The notes beneath the pieces were generated by a model, which did not search any database, was not told where the DNA came from, and saw only the letters and a list, made by a program, of their open reading frames with translations. Shown in pieces: positions 1 through 9,888 of a stretch of 64,000 bases of DNA; position 1 is the stretch's first letter, and each line of letters opens with the position of its first letter. The position numbers and the translations under genes are program-made. The stretch is from Patescibacteria group bacterium (GTDB taxonomy: Bacteria > Patescibacteriota > UBA1384 > DATEAH01). Location: assembly GCA_035288465.1 (NCBI GenBank), contig DATEAH010000005.1, forward strand, positions 131,636-195,635, in the 5' to 3' direction.

Positions 1-24
1 TTAACGAGGAGCCACTCCGGACCT

Positions 25-76
25 GAAGCGGTCCACAAAGCAAAAACTGCTGCGTGGACCGCTTCTTATTTTTTTT
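25..76. terminator. Stem-loop downstream of queA, likely terminator
   Basis: GAAGCGGTCCAC ... GTGGACCGCTTC inverted repeat followed by a T-tract on +. Confidence 0.6.
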
Positions 77-85
77 AGAACCAAT

Positions 86-1105
86 TTATATAATAAACAT
101 CGCGTCGCCAAAAGAATAGAACCGATATTTTTTCTTAATCGCCAGCTGATAGGTTTTTTTGATCAATTCTTGACCGGCAAAAGCAGAAACTAACAACAAT
201 AAACTTGATTTTGGCAAATGAAAATTAGTAATCAGACTGTCAATAAATTTAAATTTATAACAGGGAAAGATAAATAATTGCGTTTGTCCAGAATAGGGCA
301 GGAGCTGATTTTTTTGATTTGCGGCAGTTTCTAAAACTCGAGCCGTGGTGGTGCCAACCACAATAATTCTTTGGCCATTTTTCTTGGCTTTATTTAAGCG
401 TCTGGCGACCTCTTTTGATAGATTTGCCCATTCTGAATGCAGATAATGATTTTTGATATTTTTTTTGCGAATTGGCGCAAAGGTTCCTAAACCTATATGC
501 AAAGTCACAAATTCAAAATCAATTTTTTGTTTTTTTAATTTATTTATTAATTTTTTAGAAAAATGGAAACCCGCTGTCGGCGCGGCGACTGAGCCTAAAT
601 TTTTCGCATATACAGTTTGATAATCGGGAAGGGGAGTCATTTTTTTAATGTACGGCGGAGTTGGAGTTTTGCCAATTTTAAATAATATTTCTTGAAATTT
701 TTTACCACCAAGATTAAATAAAATTTGCCATTTCCCCTCTTTTTCAGGTTTTACAATCTCGCCCACCAAACCTTTTGAAAATTCAATTTTCTGCCCCACC
801 CGCCGCCGATGTCCAGAAATTAACGCTTCCCAGCCTGCCTTGCCGCAATCTCTTAATAATAAAATTTCAATTTTACCACCGGTTTGGACTCGCTTGCCGA
901 TTAACCTGGCGGGAATAACTTTGGAATCATTAAAAACTAATACATCGCCTTTTTTTAAAAAAAGTGGTAAATTATAAAAATAATCCTCTGAAATTTTGCC
1001 GGTTTGGCGATTTAGAATCATCAAGCGACAATTTTCGCGAGGTTTTATTGGTTTTTGAGCAATTAAATTTTTCGGTAACTCAAAATCGAAATCTGCAGTT
1101 TTCAT
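86..1105 (-). CDS. queA: S-adenosylmethionine:tRNA ribosyltransferase-isomerase
   Basis: FDFELP..LIAQ, GSVAAPTAGFHF, VTLHIGLGTF, ITNFHLPKS, YRFYSFGDAM motifs. Confidence 0.97.
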   Translation of the reverse strand: MKTADFDFELPKNLIAQKPIKPRENCRLMILNRQTGKISEDYFYNLPLFLKKGDVLVFNDSKVIPARLIGKRVQTGGKIEILLLRDCGKAGWEALISGHRRRVGQKIEFSKGLVGEIVKPEKEGKWQILFNLGGKKFQEILFKIGKTPTPPYIKKMTPLPDYQTVYAKNLGSVAAPTAGFHFSKKLINKLKKQKIDFEFVTLHIGLGTFAPIRKKNIKNHYLHSEWANLSKEVARRLNKAKKNGQRIIVVGTTTARVLETAANQKNQLLPYSGQTQLFIFPCYKFKFIDSLITNFHLPKSSLLLLVSAFAGQELIKKTYQLAIKKKYRFYSFGDAMFII

Positions 1106-1111
1106 AATTAA

Positions 1112-2026
1112 TTATTTATCATCAGGATTTTGGTTTTGATCTGGCTTTTTAACTGTCAAGTCCACAATCGTACCTTCGTGGAGCTCACCTTCGATTGGTT
1201 TTTCGGGGGTTTCGGGGGTTTCGGGGATATTTAAAACAGGTTCATTTTTATTTTCTGGAATTTTCGGAATTTGAAAATCAGGCGGGGCTGTTTTTGGAAT
1301 ATTTTCGGAAATCGGTTTTGATTCAGGTTCGATTGGGGCAGATTTGGGGGATAAATTTTCTGATTTTTCAGCACCTAAATTGGCAATTCCGCCGGGACGG
1401 CGCAAATCTTTATGATTAAAAACGCCGACAGCCCTCTCACCCAAACCCTCTGCAGTATCAATTGTTTTAAGTGCCACATTTCCAGATGGAGAAGAAATTA
1501 ATCTTTTATATTCAGAGGTTAATTTTTGGGTAAATTCGCGCGGGTGGGGAATATTGGTGAAAATAAAATTACGGGCAGTACCGGCGGTTTGAATTTCGAC
1601 ACAACCGAAATCAAGCATGGTTCCAAAAAAACCGGTCACCTTGGCCGAAACATCTTCAACGTGCAAAATATCTAATTCGTCAATGGTGCGATTAAAGAGA
1701 CCATTTTGATTAATATCAACGATTCGTTTATTGGTTAAAATGACGATGTCAAAATACAAATTGACAAAACCGAGTAAAAAGGCGGCGGAGATAAACAATA
1801 AATACATTGACGAAAATACAACCACAAAATTAATTATTGAACCTACAAAAAATTGCGGATAAAAACGAATGGAAATCATCAACAAAGCAAAGGGCACGAT
1901 GAGCATCGCGAAAATGATGATAAAAATTATTAAAAACATAAACCAATGTTTTCTGGTGAAAATTAAAACTTCTTCGTCCACGTCAGCATTAGGAAAAATT
2001 TTACGTAACCGATCTTGATCTTCCAT
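1112..2026 (-). CDS. Membrane protein with bacterial PH (bPH_2-like) domain and Pro/Glu-rich tail
   Basis: RKHW, two TM helices, ILTNKRIVDINQNGLF..FGCVEIQTAG..F.NIPHP. Confidence 0.75.
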   Translation of the reverse strand: MEDQDRLRKIFPNADVDEEVLIFTRKHWFMFLIIFIIIFAMLIVPFALLMISIRFYPQFFVGSIINFVVVFSSMYLLFISAAFLLGFVNLYFDIVILTNKRIVDINQNGLFNRTIDELDILHVEDVSAKVTGFFGTMLDFGCVEIQTAGTARNFIFTNIPHPREFTQKLTSEYKRLISSPSGNVALKTIDTAEGLGERAVGVFNHKDLRRPGGIANLGAEKSENLSPKSAPIEPESKPISENIPKTAPPDFQIPKIPENKNEPVLNIPETPETPEKPIEGELHEGTIVDLTVKKPDQNQNPDDK

Positions 2027-2275
2027 TTAGCCACCTCTAAAAATTTGGGGGATAAATTCTTCGATCGACGGAAAACTGACGCTCCCCCATTTTAAACTCA
2101 ACATAATCGCTAATGAGAAAAAGATAATAATTCCGGTAACAACAATATAAGTGATCATCACTATCTTGGTCATATCACCACGAAAACCATATTTCCATAA
2201 ATGATATAAACCTAAGCCGGAAATAATAATAAAACCTAATAAAAATGCCAAATAAGCTAATAATAAAATAATCAT
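2027..2275 (-). CDS. Small two-TM membrane protein
   Basis: Two hydrophobic helices; stop codon abuts the next ATG. Confidence 0.7.
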   Translation of the reverse strand: MIILLLAYLAFLLGFIIISGLGLYHLWKYGFRGDMTKIVMITYIVVTGIIIFFSLAIMLSLKWGSVSFPSIEEFIPQIFRGG

Positions 2276-2360
2276 AAGTTTGCCTTTGACTGTATCATAT
2301 CACAAAAAAGCTCAAAAATTAATGGCTAAATTAAAAAAAGAGCAAGTTTCTAAATTTTCC

Positions 2361-3359
2361 CTAAGTAGGAAACCTGCTCTGAAGGCTTGACAATTTATCG
2401 CCAAAAGCTTTGATGATATTGTCGCAAGTTAAAGCTTGAATTTGCTCCGGACTTAAACCTAAATCCTCGGGCAAAAAGCGTTCGACAAAATCTCGATAAA
2501 GATAAAGGGAAGGGATGCCAGACGGCGGATCTTGAGAAAATAGTTTTTCGCCAATGGCGTGAGGAGCATGGTCAGTTTCAACCCAATCGATTAAACCTGC
2601 TTGAAGGCATCTCCTAAGTCCTTCTACAACCGGCCAAACTCGCAAGGGAGGATTTACTTTGTAAATCAAACCATTGGCCTCTTTTTTCATAAATTCATTA
2701 GCCCACATTAAATAATGAGGAGTGACACCACAGGTAATTTTGATTTTGCCCCGAGCGTTATTAATCACATCAACTGATTCAGGGCAAGAAACATGACAAA
2801 TATGCAGGGTACCAGCAAAACCCGTCTCAATCGCGAATTTAATTTGGTCTTGAATAGATTCAATTTCAGCTTCTTTAGGTCTCGACCAAGAATGTGAAAT
2901 GGGGTTGGCGCGATTCCAAAGTTCGGGTTTCATTAAGTCTTCTTTCTCGCAATGCGCGGCTAAGACTCCCTTATACCCCAATTTGGTCAAAGTCTGATAA
3001 ACCTGATACTGTTCAGTGTGAGTGGTAACTGCTAATGGACCAACTGATCTGCCGGCAAACATTTTTAAACCTACGATTCGATGGCTAAAATGTCTTTGTC
3101 CATAACATTCAATAGCTTCTTTTATTTGTTCAGGATCCGCGGTGACTCCCATGTATAAAAAGTATCTTTGATGTTGATCGTTTGGGACAAGTTCCAAAAT
3201 ATCAATAACGTCAGGTTCGGAAATAATTGGTCTCTTTTTATTCGGCATATCAAATACCACATCAACACCCTGTTGGGTGGCTAATTCCAGACCATGCGCA
3301 ATCGTTTCTTTATGGGCTTCTTCTCTATCCCTTAAATGCTCGTGTGGATCGATTCTCAT
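2361..3359 (-). CDS. pyrC: Dihydroorotase / cyclic amidohydrolase
   Basis: DPHEHLRD, DMPN, HICHVS, KVNPPLR, TDHAPH; start moved to ATG 3359 after a GGAGG RBS. Confidence 0.85.
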   Translation of the reverse strand: MRIDPHEHLRDREEAHKETIAHGLELATQQGVDVVFDMPNKKRPIISEPDVIDILELVPNDQHQRYFLYMGVTADPEQIKEAIECYGQRHFSHRIVGLKMFAGRSVGPLAVTTHTEQYQVYQTLTKLGYKGVLAAHCEKEDLMKPELWNRANPISHSWSRPKEAEIESIQDQIKFAIETGFAGTLHICHVSCPESVDVINNARGKIKITCGVTPHYLMWANEFMKKEANGLIYKVNPPLRVWPVVEGLRRCLQAGLIDWVETDHAPHAIGEKLFSQDPPSGIPSLYLYRDFVERFLPEDLGLSPEQIQALTCDNIIKAFGDKLSSLQSRFPT

Positions 3360-3444
3360 CTGGTTTGTGCCTCCTGTGTGTTGAGTTGTTAATGTCCAGC
3401 TGTGCAATTATTATACTTTAAAAAAATCTTTTACTCAAGCAAAA

Positions 3445-3969
3445 TTAAGATTTATTTTTTAAACTATAAAAACAGCCGCAGTATTTTTGGCAATATAAAC
3501 CCAAATCATGAGCTTTTTGGTGACCTTGGCGAAATTGGCTAACAAAATCTCGATCAATAAATTCTAAATGATATTTTTGAGCTAATTCCCCACCGATTTG
3601 GCGAACTTTGTCTAAATTCTGATAAGGACTAACCAATAAAGTGGTGGTGAAATATTTATAGTTTTTCGCGGCCGCAATCTGGGCAGTTTTCTCTAAACGT
3701 AATTTATAGCACGCAAAACATCTTTCGGGTTTTTCGAGATTTTCGTTCGCCACAAGATGCTCTTCGGCTTCATATTTTGCCACCATGATTGGCAAATTAA
3801 TAATTTTGGCCAATTGCCTAACGGCTTTGAGTCTTTTTTGAAATTCTTTTTTGGGCTGAATATTGGGATTATAATAGAAACCTGTAACTTCAAAATCTTC
3901 AGCCCTTAATTTTTCCACCACCGAAATTGCGCAAGGCCCGCAACAAATATGAAGCAAAATTTTTTTCAT
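3445..3969 (-). CDS. queH: Epoxyqueuosine reductase QueH (DUF208)
   Basis: LLHICCGPC, YNPNIQP, RC..CY..RL, TTLLVSP, YCQKYCGC. Confidence 0.93.
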   Translation of the reverse strand: MKKILLHICCGPCAISVVEKLRAEDFEVTGFYYNPNIQPKKEFQKRLKAVRQLAKIINLPIMVAKYEAEEHLVANENLEKPERCFACYKLRLEKTAQIAAAKNYKYFTTTLLVSPYQNLDKVRQIGGELAQKYHLEFIDRDFVSQFRQGHQKAHDLGLYCQKYCGCFYSLKNKS

Positions 3970-3970
3970 T

Positions 3971-5044
3971 TTATTTGAACAATTTTTTCTGACGACGGCT
4001 AATTTTTTCTTTTTGAGCTTTTTTGCTAACTTCTTGAGGACATTTAAAACCTAAATATTCAAAGGCTTTGCTAGTCGCCATACGGCCCTTGGGAGTTCGC
4101 TTTAAAAAGCCTAAACGCATTAAATATGGTTCATAGACTTCTTCAATGTTGGCAATATCTTCAGAAGAGGCGGCAGCTAATGTTTCCAAACCTACCGGTC
4201 CGCCTGAAAATTTTTTAATTAATATTTCTAATAATTTTCGATCAGCTTTATCCAAACCAATACTATCAATTTGGAGCATTTTTAAGGCTTTAAGACAAAT
4301 TTCTGGAGTGATTTTGCCTTGGTGCCTAACCTGGGCATAATCTCGGACACGGCGTAAAATTCGGTTGGCGATTCTAGGGGTCCTGCGGGCACTTTTGGCA
4401 ATTAATATGATTGAAGTATTATCAATTGGAATCCTTAAAATTTTAGCGGCGCGCTTTAAGATCCTTTTGACATCTTTGATTTTATAATAATCTAGCTTAA
4501 AAATTGCGCCAAACCGGTCGCGCAAAGGCGAAGAAATCCCGCCGATTTTAGTGGTGGCGCCAATGACGGTAAACTTGGGCAGTTCTAACCGCAAGGTTTT
4601 AGCAGATGGTCCTTTTCCTATTATTATATCTAAGGCATAATCTTCCATCGCCGGGTAAAGCAATTCTTCAATCAAACGACCAAGTCGATGGATTTCATCA
4701 ATAAACAAAATGTCAAAATCTGACAAACTGGTTAATATCGAAGCTAAATCTCCGGGCCGATCCAGAGTGGGACCCGAAGTAATTTTAATATTGGCAGACA
4801 TTTCATGCGCCATAATTTGCGCCATACTGGTTTTGCCAATTCCGGCTGGACCATATAAAAGAATATGCTCTAAAGGCTCTTTTCTTTTTCTAGCCGCCTC
4901 GAGCATAATTTTTAAATTTTCTTTAATATTGTCCTGTCCGGCAAATTGCGCTAAAGTGCTAGGTCTCAAAGATGAATCGGCCGGGATTTCATCGGGTTTT
5001 AATTTACCACTTACTAAACGTTTTTTTTCTTTTTTGATTGCCAT
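3971..5044 (-). CDS. ruvB: Holliday junction branch migration helicase RuvB
   Basis: LRP, GPAGIGKT, LFIDEIHRL, GATT, PLRDRFG, EPYL..GFLKRTPKGR. Confidence 0.97.
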   Translation of the reverse strand: MAIKKEKKRLVSGKLKPDEIPADSSLRPSTLAQFAGQDNIKENLKIMLEAARKRKEPLEHILLYGPAGIGKTSMAQIMAHEMSANIKITSGPTLDRPGDLASILTSLSDFDILFIDEIHRLGRLIEELLYPAMEDYALDIIIGKGPSAKTLRLELPKFTVIGATTKIGGISSPLRDRFGAIFKLDYYKIKDVKRILKRAAKILRIPIDNTSIILIAKSARRTPRIANRILRRVRDYAQVRHQGKITPEICLKALKMLQIDSIGLDKADRKLLEILIKKFSGGPVGLETLAAASSEDIANIEEVYEPYLMRLGFLKRTPKGRMATSKAFEYLGFKCPQEVSKKAQKEKISRRQKKLFK

Positions 5045-5200
5045 TTTAGGCTCACTTTCTCCCCTCCTTAAGGTAATGATATACTTAACGTTTACGGCCT
5101 CAGACCCCCTTTCTTTTTCGTAAAGAAAGTGTCTGACGCAAAGAAAACTAATTTGAAATCCCTATTCTGACAGAACCATGGAAAAGTTATTTTATATAAT

Positions 5201-5770
5201 TTATTTTGCCATTTGCTTTAATGCCCAAGTAATTTTTTCTTCGGCGGTTTTTAAGTTTTTAGGAGTTTTGGCTAAGATTTTTTTGGCTTCTTCGGCTTTA
5301 TAACCCAATGACTTGAGACCTTCTAAAACTTCACTATAATCCCCACCAGCGTCTAAAATGCTCAAATCGTCAACTGAGATTTTACTTTTAAGTTCGAGGA
5401 TTAATCTGGTGGCAGTTTTTCGACCCACGCCAGAAATTGCCATAAACATTTCTAAATCATTGTTTAAAATTGCGTTTTTAATTTGTCCGCATTTGGCTCG
5501 GCTCAAGATTGCCATGGCCGCTTTTGGCCCAATTCCAGAAACTGTGAGCAATAATTCAAATAATTCCAATTCCTCAAAAGTTAAAAATCCAAATAGATCT
5601 TCGCAATTTTCCCGCAGATAATGATGCAAATATAATTTACTTCTTTTTCCAGTTTTTATGCCAGTCAAAGTTTGGGAATTTGCAAAAATTTTAAAGCCAG
5701 TATCGGCAGTTTCTAGAATCACAAAGTTTGGACCAACAAAATCTATTTTACCAGCCATGGTAATAATCAT
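5201..5770 (-). CDS. ruvA: Holliday junction DNA-binding protein RuvA
   Basis: LFGF, LLTVSGIGPKAA, GVGRKTA.RLILELK, L.SLGY. Confidence 0.95.
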   Translation of the reverse strand: MIITMAGKIDFVGPNFVILETADTGFKIFANSQTLTGIKTGKRSKLYLHHYLRENCEDLFGFLTFEELELFELLLTVSGIGPKAAMAILSRAKCGQIKNAILNNDLEMFMAISGVGRKTATRLILELKSKISVDDLSILDAGGDYSEVLEGLKSLGYKAEEAKKILAKTPKNLKTAEEKITWALKQMAK

Positions 5771-6943
5771 TTATATCCTTGATAATAATTGTTCAACTTC
5801 TAAATTTTCCGGTAATAATTTTATTTTAGTATTTTCGGCTAAGTTTAAGATTGAGTCTAAATCTTCTAAATTTGTTTTTCCACAATATAAATTTTTAAAA
5901 TTTTGAGGATGTTGATGCAGATTATTGGTAACTTTTTTTAGACCTTGCCAATATATATTATCATACCAAAAACGAAAATTATGTGTATTTTGACAATCTG
6001 TAATGCCGCGAAAAATTCGAGCAGTCCGGCGCCAAGCTAAATCTTTTTTTATGCCTTTAGATTTTAATTTTTCAAAAGTTTCGCGAAAGTTTAAATTTTT
6101 AGAAAGGTGAAAAGCTAAAATGCTCAAAGCCTCGGAGCCAGTTTTTGGGAATCTGCATTTGCCATTCAAAACCGCCAAACCTTCTTCGCAAGTTAAAAAA
6201 TTTTTACATCCCAAGGGCATACTTAAAATAGATAAGTTTGAATTCCAACCATTTTGTTGACGCAAAACATGGGTTTCAATTTCATGGGCAACTAATTGTT
6301 GAAGTCTAATTTTAGAAACTCGATGAGAATAAGGGATTATAATTCGAGGGCTATACTGACCCTCATTAATCACGCTTACGGTTATGGCAAGTGAAAATTT
6401 TTGATCAATAACCACGTTCCAGTGTCGAAGATGATAATGGCTAAGTGCTTTTTCAAAAACTTTTTTAATGGTAGTGGCGTCAAAATTACGAGATTTAATC
6501 TTTTTACGAGCTTTAAAAATCTTTTGGGCCTTTAAAATATCATCGGTGTTAGGTTTGCCGAATAAACTTTCAGATATTTTAGAAACTTGTTCGTCATTAA
6601 TGCCGATTGCCTGAACTAATTCAATTTGCATTTTTAATTCTAATAATCTGTCAGCATACAATTTTTTAATAATTCGATTTTTTTCATTTTTTAAATCACT
6701 GAGGAAAACATCAATTAATTTTAAATAAACTTTTAATTTTGGATCGGTTTCATATTTAAAATGCGGGTTTTCAATCTTTCCAGAAAGAAAATCTTTTTTT
6801 TCAGCATCTAAATTTTTAGGTTTTACGTTAGCTAATAATAAAAACTGCGAGGCGATATCTGCTAATCTTTTTCCCCACCTTGCATCTAATTTTTCACGAT
6901 TTAATTTTAGCATGGTTTTTTCAAAGCTCTTCAAAATATTCAA
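5771..6943 (-). CDS. DUF1704 / QEGLA-motif (MATCAP-like) zinc carboxypeptidase
   Basis: NPHFKY, AHEIETHVLR..NG (HExxxH), EEGLAV, R.FRG, D.IY..G. Confidence 0.8.
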   Translation of the reverse strand: MNILKSFEKTMLKLNREKLDARWGKRLADIASQFLLLANVKPKNLDAEKKDFLSGKIENPHFKYETDPKLKVYLKLIDVFLSDLKNEKNRIIKKLYADRLLELKMQIELVQAIGINDEQVSKISESLFGKPNTDDILKAQKIFKARKKIKSRNFDATTIKKVFEKALSHYHLRHWNVVIDQKFSLAITVSVINEGQYSPRIIIPYSHRVSKIRLQQLVAHEIETHVLRQQNGWNSNLSILSMPLGCKNFLTCEEGLAVLNGKCRFPKTGSEALSILAFHLSKNLNFRETFEKLKSKGIKKDLAWRRTARIFRGITDCQNTHNFRFWYDNIYWQGLKKVTNNLHQHPQNFKNLYCGKTNLEDLDSILNLAENTKIKLLPENLEVEQLLSRI

Positions 6944-7787
6944 TTATTTTTTTAGCAACATTAATACCAGTAATTTTTTCAAAAGACTTGAACATTGGCC
7001 CGCGATTAGCTTCTAATAAATAGTATTTCCCTTTATGCTCTAAAACATCAACGCCCGAAATATCATTTTTTTCCGCTTGGTTCGCAGCAATGGCTAATTT
7101 GGCTAATTTTGGATTCATCGGGTAACTTTTTGAATGCACACCAGAACTGGCATTTTGACCAGCCAAGGGAATTCCATGAGCCTTAGTTCTAACCATCGCA
7201 CCTAATACCTTATTGCCAACAACAAGAATTCGAATATAACTATTGGTGGGAATAAATTCCTGAATAAGATAATTATCGACTAAATGATTTTGGAAAAATT
7301 TTTCAGCTTCGCCGAAATTGTTAATCAGATAAATATCCTTACTCTGCTTGCCCAAATTATGTTTAATAATAATTGGATAGGGGAGATTGTTAAATTTTTC
7401 TGGAGAGATTTTTTTTGCCATAAAATACCAAGTCTCAGGCTGAGGGAGATGATTTTTAGCAAATTGAAAACTGGTAAAATGTTTTCCTAGGAAAAATGGC
7501 TGTTTGGCTAAGCGTTGATCAATAACTAATCTACCATTTTCCAACATATATTTAGCCAAAATTTGAGCTTCTTCGGGGTGCTTAGTGACGCCGCGTGGTA
7601 ATAGTAAATCATATTTTTGGGCTAAATCTTCACCGTCAATATTTATTACAAGTTTAGGTTCATATTTAATTGAAAATTGTTTGTAACCGACAAGATCGGC
7701 TGAGTGCCCTCTTTTTTCTGCTTCCTCTTTCAACCTGGTAGATTCTGGCGCGCCGCCCGCTCCTAAAATTGCAATTTTCACAATCAC
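6921..7787 (-). CDS. RimK/LysX-family ATP-grasp amino-acid ligase
   Basis: P.P.T, YPIIIK, YLIQEFI, IRILVVG, SGVDVL, LLEAN..P. Confidence 0.85.
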   Translation of the reverse strand: MIVKIAILGAGGAPESTRLKEEAEKRGHSADLVGYKQFSIKYEPKLVINIDGEDLAQKYDLLLPRGVTKHPEEAQILAKYMLENGRLVIDQRLAKQPFFLGKHFTSFQFAKNHLPQPETWYFMAKKISPEKFNNLPYPIIIKHNLGKQSKDIYLINNFGEAEKFFQNHLVDNYLIQEFIPTNSYIRILVVGNKVLGAMVRTKAHGIPLAGQNASSGVHSKSYPMNPKLAKLAIAANQAEKNDISGVDVLEHKGKYYLLEANRGPMFKSFEKITGINVAKKIIEYFEEL

Positions 7788-9094
7788 TCCTTTTTATAAA
7801 CTTGTTTTAGGGTGGTTTTTTTAGCCGGGTCAATAATAAAATTTTTCAAGTCCCTTCTGCCAATAATCATGTCGCGCCTCAAATCACCACGATTAGCAAT
7901 TGTGGCCGCGGTTTTAATTTTTTTACCCGAAATAATAAAGATTAAATTAATTAAAGGTCTCACTTGGTGACCGTGTGAAGAATGAACTTTTTTTGAACCA
8001 ATTACCTTTTTATCTAAACTCAGTTCAGCGGCAATTTTTTGATCAATGCTGGTTCTAAAAGCACCGGTATCGGTTTTTGCCACCACATCTAAGTGTTGTT
8101 TTTTGGTAATTATTTTAACAGGTTCCAACATCCCCAAAACTCTTTTACCAGAAGCATCTTGAATTTCTCTAATTATTTCCCCACCAAATAGTTCTTTGGC
8201 AACGCGAATTGCTTTTTCCGTATCTTTTATTTTAAGATCTTCGACTCTTTCCAGCCTTCTTTTTAGGGGTGATAAATTTGCTAACTGGATCGCTAATCCT
8301 GGTCTGGCATTTAATTCCAATATTTGCGGGCCATCTTCGCGATCTAAAACAATATCCACTCCCAAATAACCCAAACCCACCGCTTGCTGTGCTTCGGAGG
8401 CTAAATATAAAATTTGTTCCCATTCTGGAATCTTTAAACCATTCAACTTTCTTTTAGTGCCTGGAAAATAACGAATTGTACGATTTTTCCACCAAGCACG
8501 CGTGGTAATGCCTGAAGCAATTTCTACGCCCACTGCTACCGCGCCCTGGTGAATATTTGCCCGCCCGCCAGAATCGCGAGTCGGCAATCTTAACATCGCC
8601 ATCACCGGAATTTTGTTATAAACGATGACTCTAATATCAGGCGTGCCGCGAAATGAAATTCGTTTGAAAAAACGGTGAGTTTTAACTTTTTGTTCGATAA
8701 AAGCCGTGTCTGGAGCATTATTCATGGAAAAATTTCCATCTAAAATATCCAAAATATGCATTTTAATATCAGAAATATTAATTTCCGAACTATCTTGTTT
8801 TGACCAACCATGCTTTTTTTTACCAAAAACCACTAATATTCCCTCGCCACCAAAACCTCGAGCCGGCTTGATCACAAAACTGTTTGGTAAGCTTTTCCAA
8901 TCAAAATTATCTAAATCTTTTTTAGATTCAAAAACTTGATAGATTTTTGGGGCTGACAAATGCGCTCGTTTAAGAATTTGTTTAGTAAGCAATTTATTAT
9001 CCACCAACCTTTTGAGGCGGCGGGGATTGGAGGGAGCAATAAAAAGAAGGTTTCTAGAATTCATCCCTAATAAATTTTTGAATTTTGCCATCAA
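7784..9094 (-). CDS. Alpha-L-glutamate-ligase-like ATP-grasp fused to a C-terminal retropepsin-like (RimB/DUF785) protease
   Basis: LGMNSRN, DNKL.TK, FVIKPARGFGGEGI, PDIRVI, AMLRLPT..SGGRANIHQGA, LELNARPGL.IQLAN; C-terminal KTDTGAFRTSID ... IIGRRDL. Confidence 0.88.
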   Translation of the reverse strand: MMAKFKNLLGMNSRNLLFIAPSNPRRLKRLVDNKLLTKQILKRAHLSAPKIYQVFESKKDLDNFDWKSLPNSFVIKPARGFGGEGILVVFGKKKHGWSKQDSSEINISDIKMHILDILDGNFSMNNAPDTAFIEQKVKTHRFFKRISFRGTPDIRVIVYNKIPVMAMLRLPTRDSGGRANIHQGAVAVGVEIASGITTRAWWKNRTIRYFPGTKRKLNGLKIPEWEQILYLASEAQQAVGLGYLGVDIVLDREDGPQILELNARPGLAIQLANLSPLKRRLERVEDLKIKDTEKAIRVAKELFGGEIIREIQDASGKRVLGMLEPVKIITKKQHLDVVAKTDTGAFRTSIDQKIAAELSLDKKVIGSKKVHSSHGHQVRPLINLIFIISGKKIKTAATIANRGDLRRDMIIGRRDLKNFIIDPAKKTTLKQVYKKE

Positions 9095-9119
9095 AACCCC
9101 CTTTACAATCTGGGATTTA

Positions 9120-9809
9120 TTATTTAGATTTAATTACTTGTTGAAAACGAAAATATTCGGTCAACCTCAAACCTGTCCAACGACCAATTAAAAAATTAAA
9201 AATTATTAAGACTAAAATTATGGCCGGGTAACTAATAATAAAATTTTGAACCATCTTGGAGACCATTAAAAAATAGCAAAAAATAGAAATTATCAAAGTC
9301 TCAATCGTCAACCAACCAGCTTCACTCCAGCCACGTTCAATCTGTAAATTTATAAATCTTTCCACCAAAACAATCATCATCAACATTGGAAAAATCGCAA
9401 TCCCAGTGAGGTTGCCAATACCTAAATTGGCGCTAAAAACAATTAACAAAAGAGTGATAAAACTTACTAAAGTCAAAATTAATGCGGCTCTGGGTAAATA
9501 TAAAAGTCTTAATTTAACTAATAAAAAGCGAAAAACCGTACCTAGAACTAAGATGATCGCAAAAAAAAGCAAACCAAATTTAATGCCAGTGGCTAAAAAT
9601 GAGATTGACAAAATCGAGGGTAAATAAATTCCCAAGCTTTTTAGGCCCACCACCTGGCGAATAAAAGCAATAATAGTGGCAATGATTGGAAACATCAAGA
9701 CCAAAATAATCATTTCGCGGGGAATTCCATTCGTGATGGCTTGGTTTATCCAATCGCTCATAAAATTAAGAGACGATAAGTTCATAAGCCTCCTTATTAA
9801 ACTAATCAA
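9120..9809 (-). CDS. 7TM domain protein (7TM_transglut family)
   Basis: RQVVGLKSLGIYLP, LLYLPR, IFPM..I.LVERF, GRWTGLRLTEYFRF. Confidence 0.85.
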   Translation of the reverse strand: MISLIRRLMNLSSLNFMSDWINQAITNGIPREMIILVLMFPIIATIIAFIRQVVGLKSLGIYLPSILSISFLATGIKFGLLFFAIILVLGTVFRFLLVKLRLLYLPRAALILTLVSFITLLLIVFSANLGIGNLTGIAIFPMLMMIVLVERFINLQIERGWSEAGWLTIETLIISIFCYFLMVSKMVQNFIISYPAIILVLIIFNFLIGRWTGLRLTEYFRFQQVIKSK

Positions 9810-9888
9810 AAAGGAATAATTACTTTTTTAGCTAATTATTTACTGACTTTATTCTATTGTATATGAGGACGAAAAGCAACCTAGAGAT

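Noticed and set aside
1-30. TCAGGTCCGGA on the minus strand resembling the SRP RNA loop
   Set aside because: Lacks the following AGGAAGCAG and the pairing stem; truncated by the window edge
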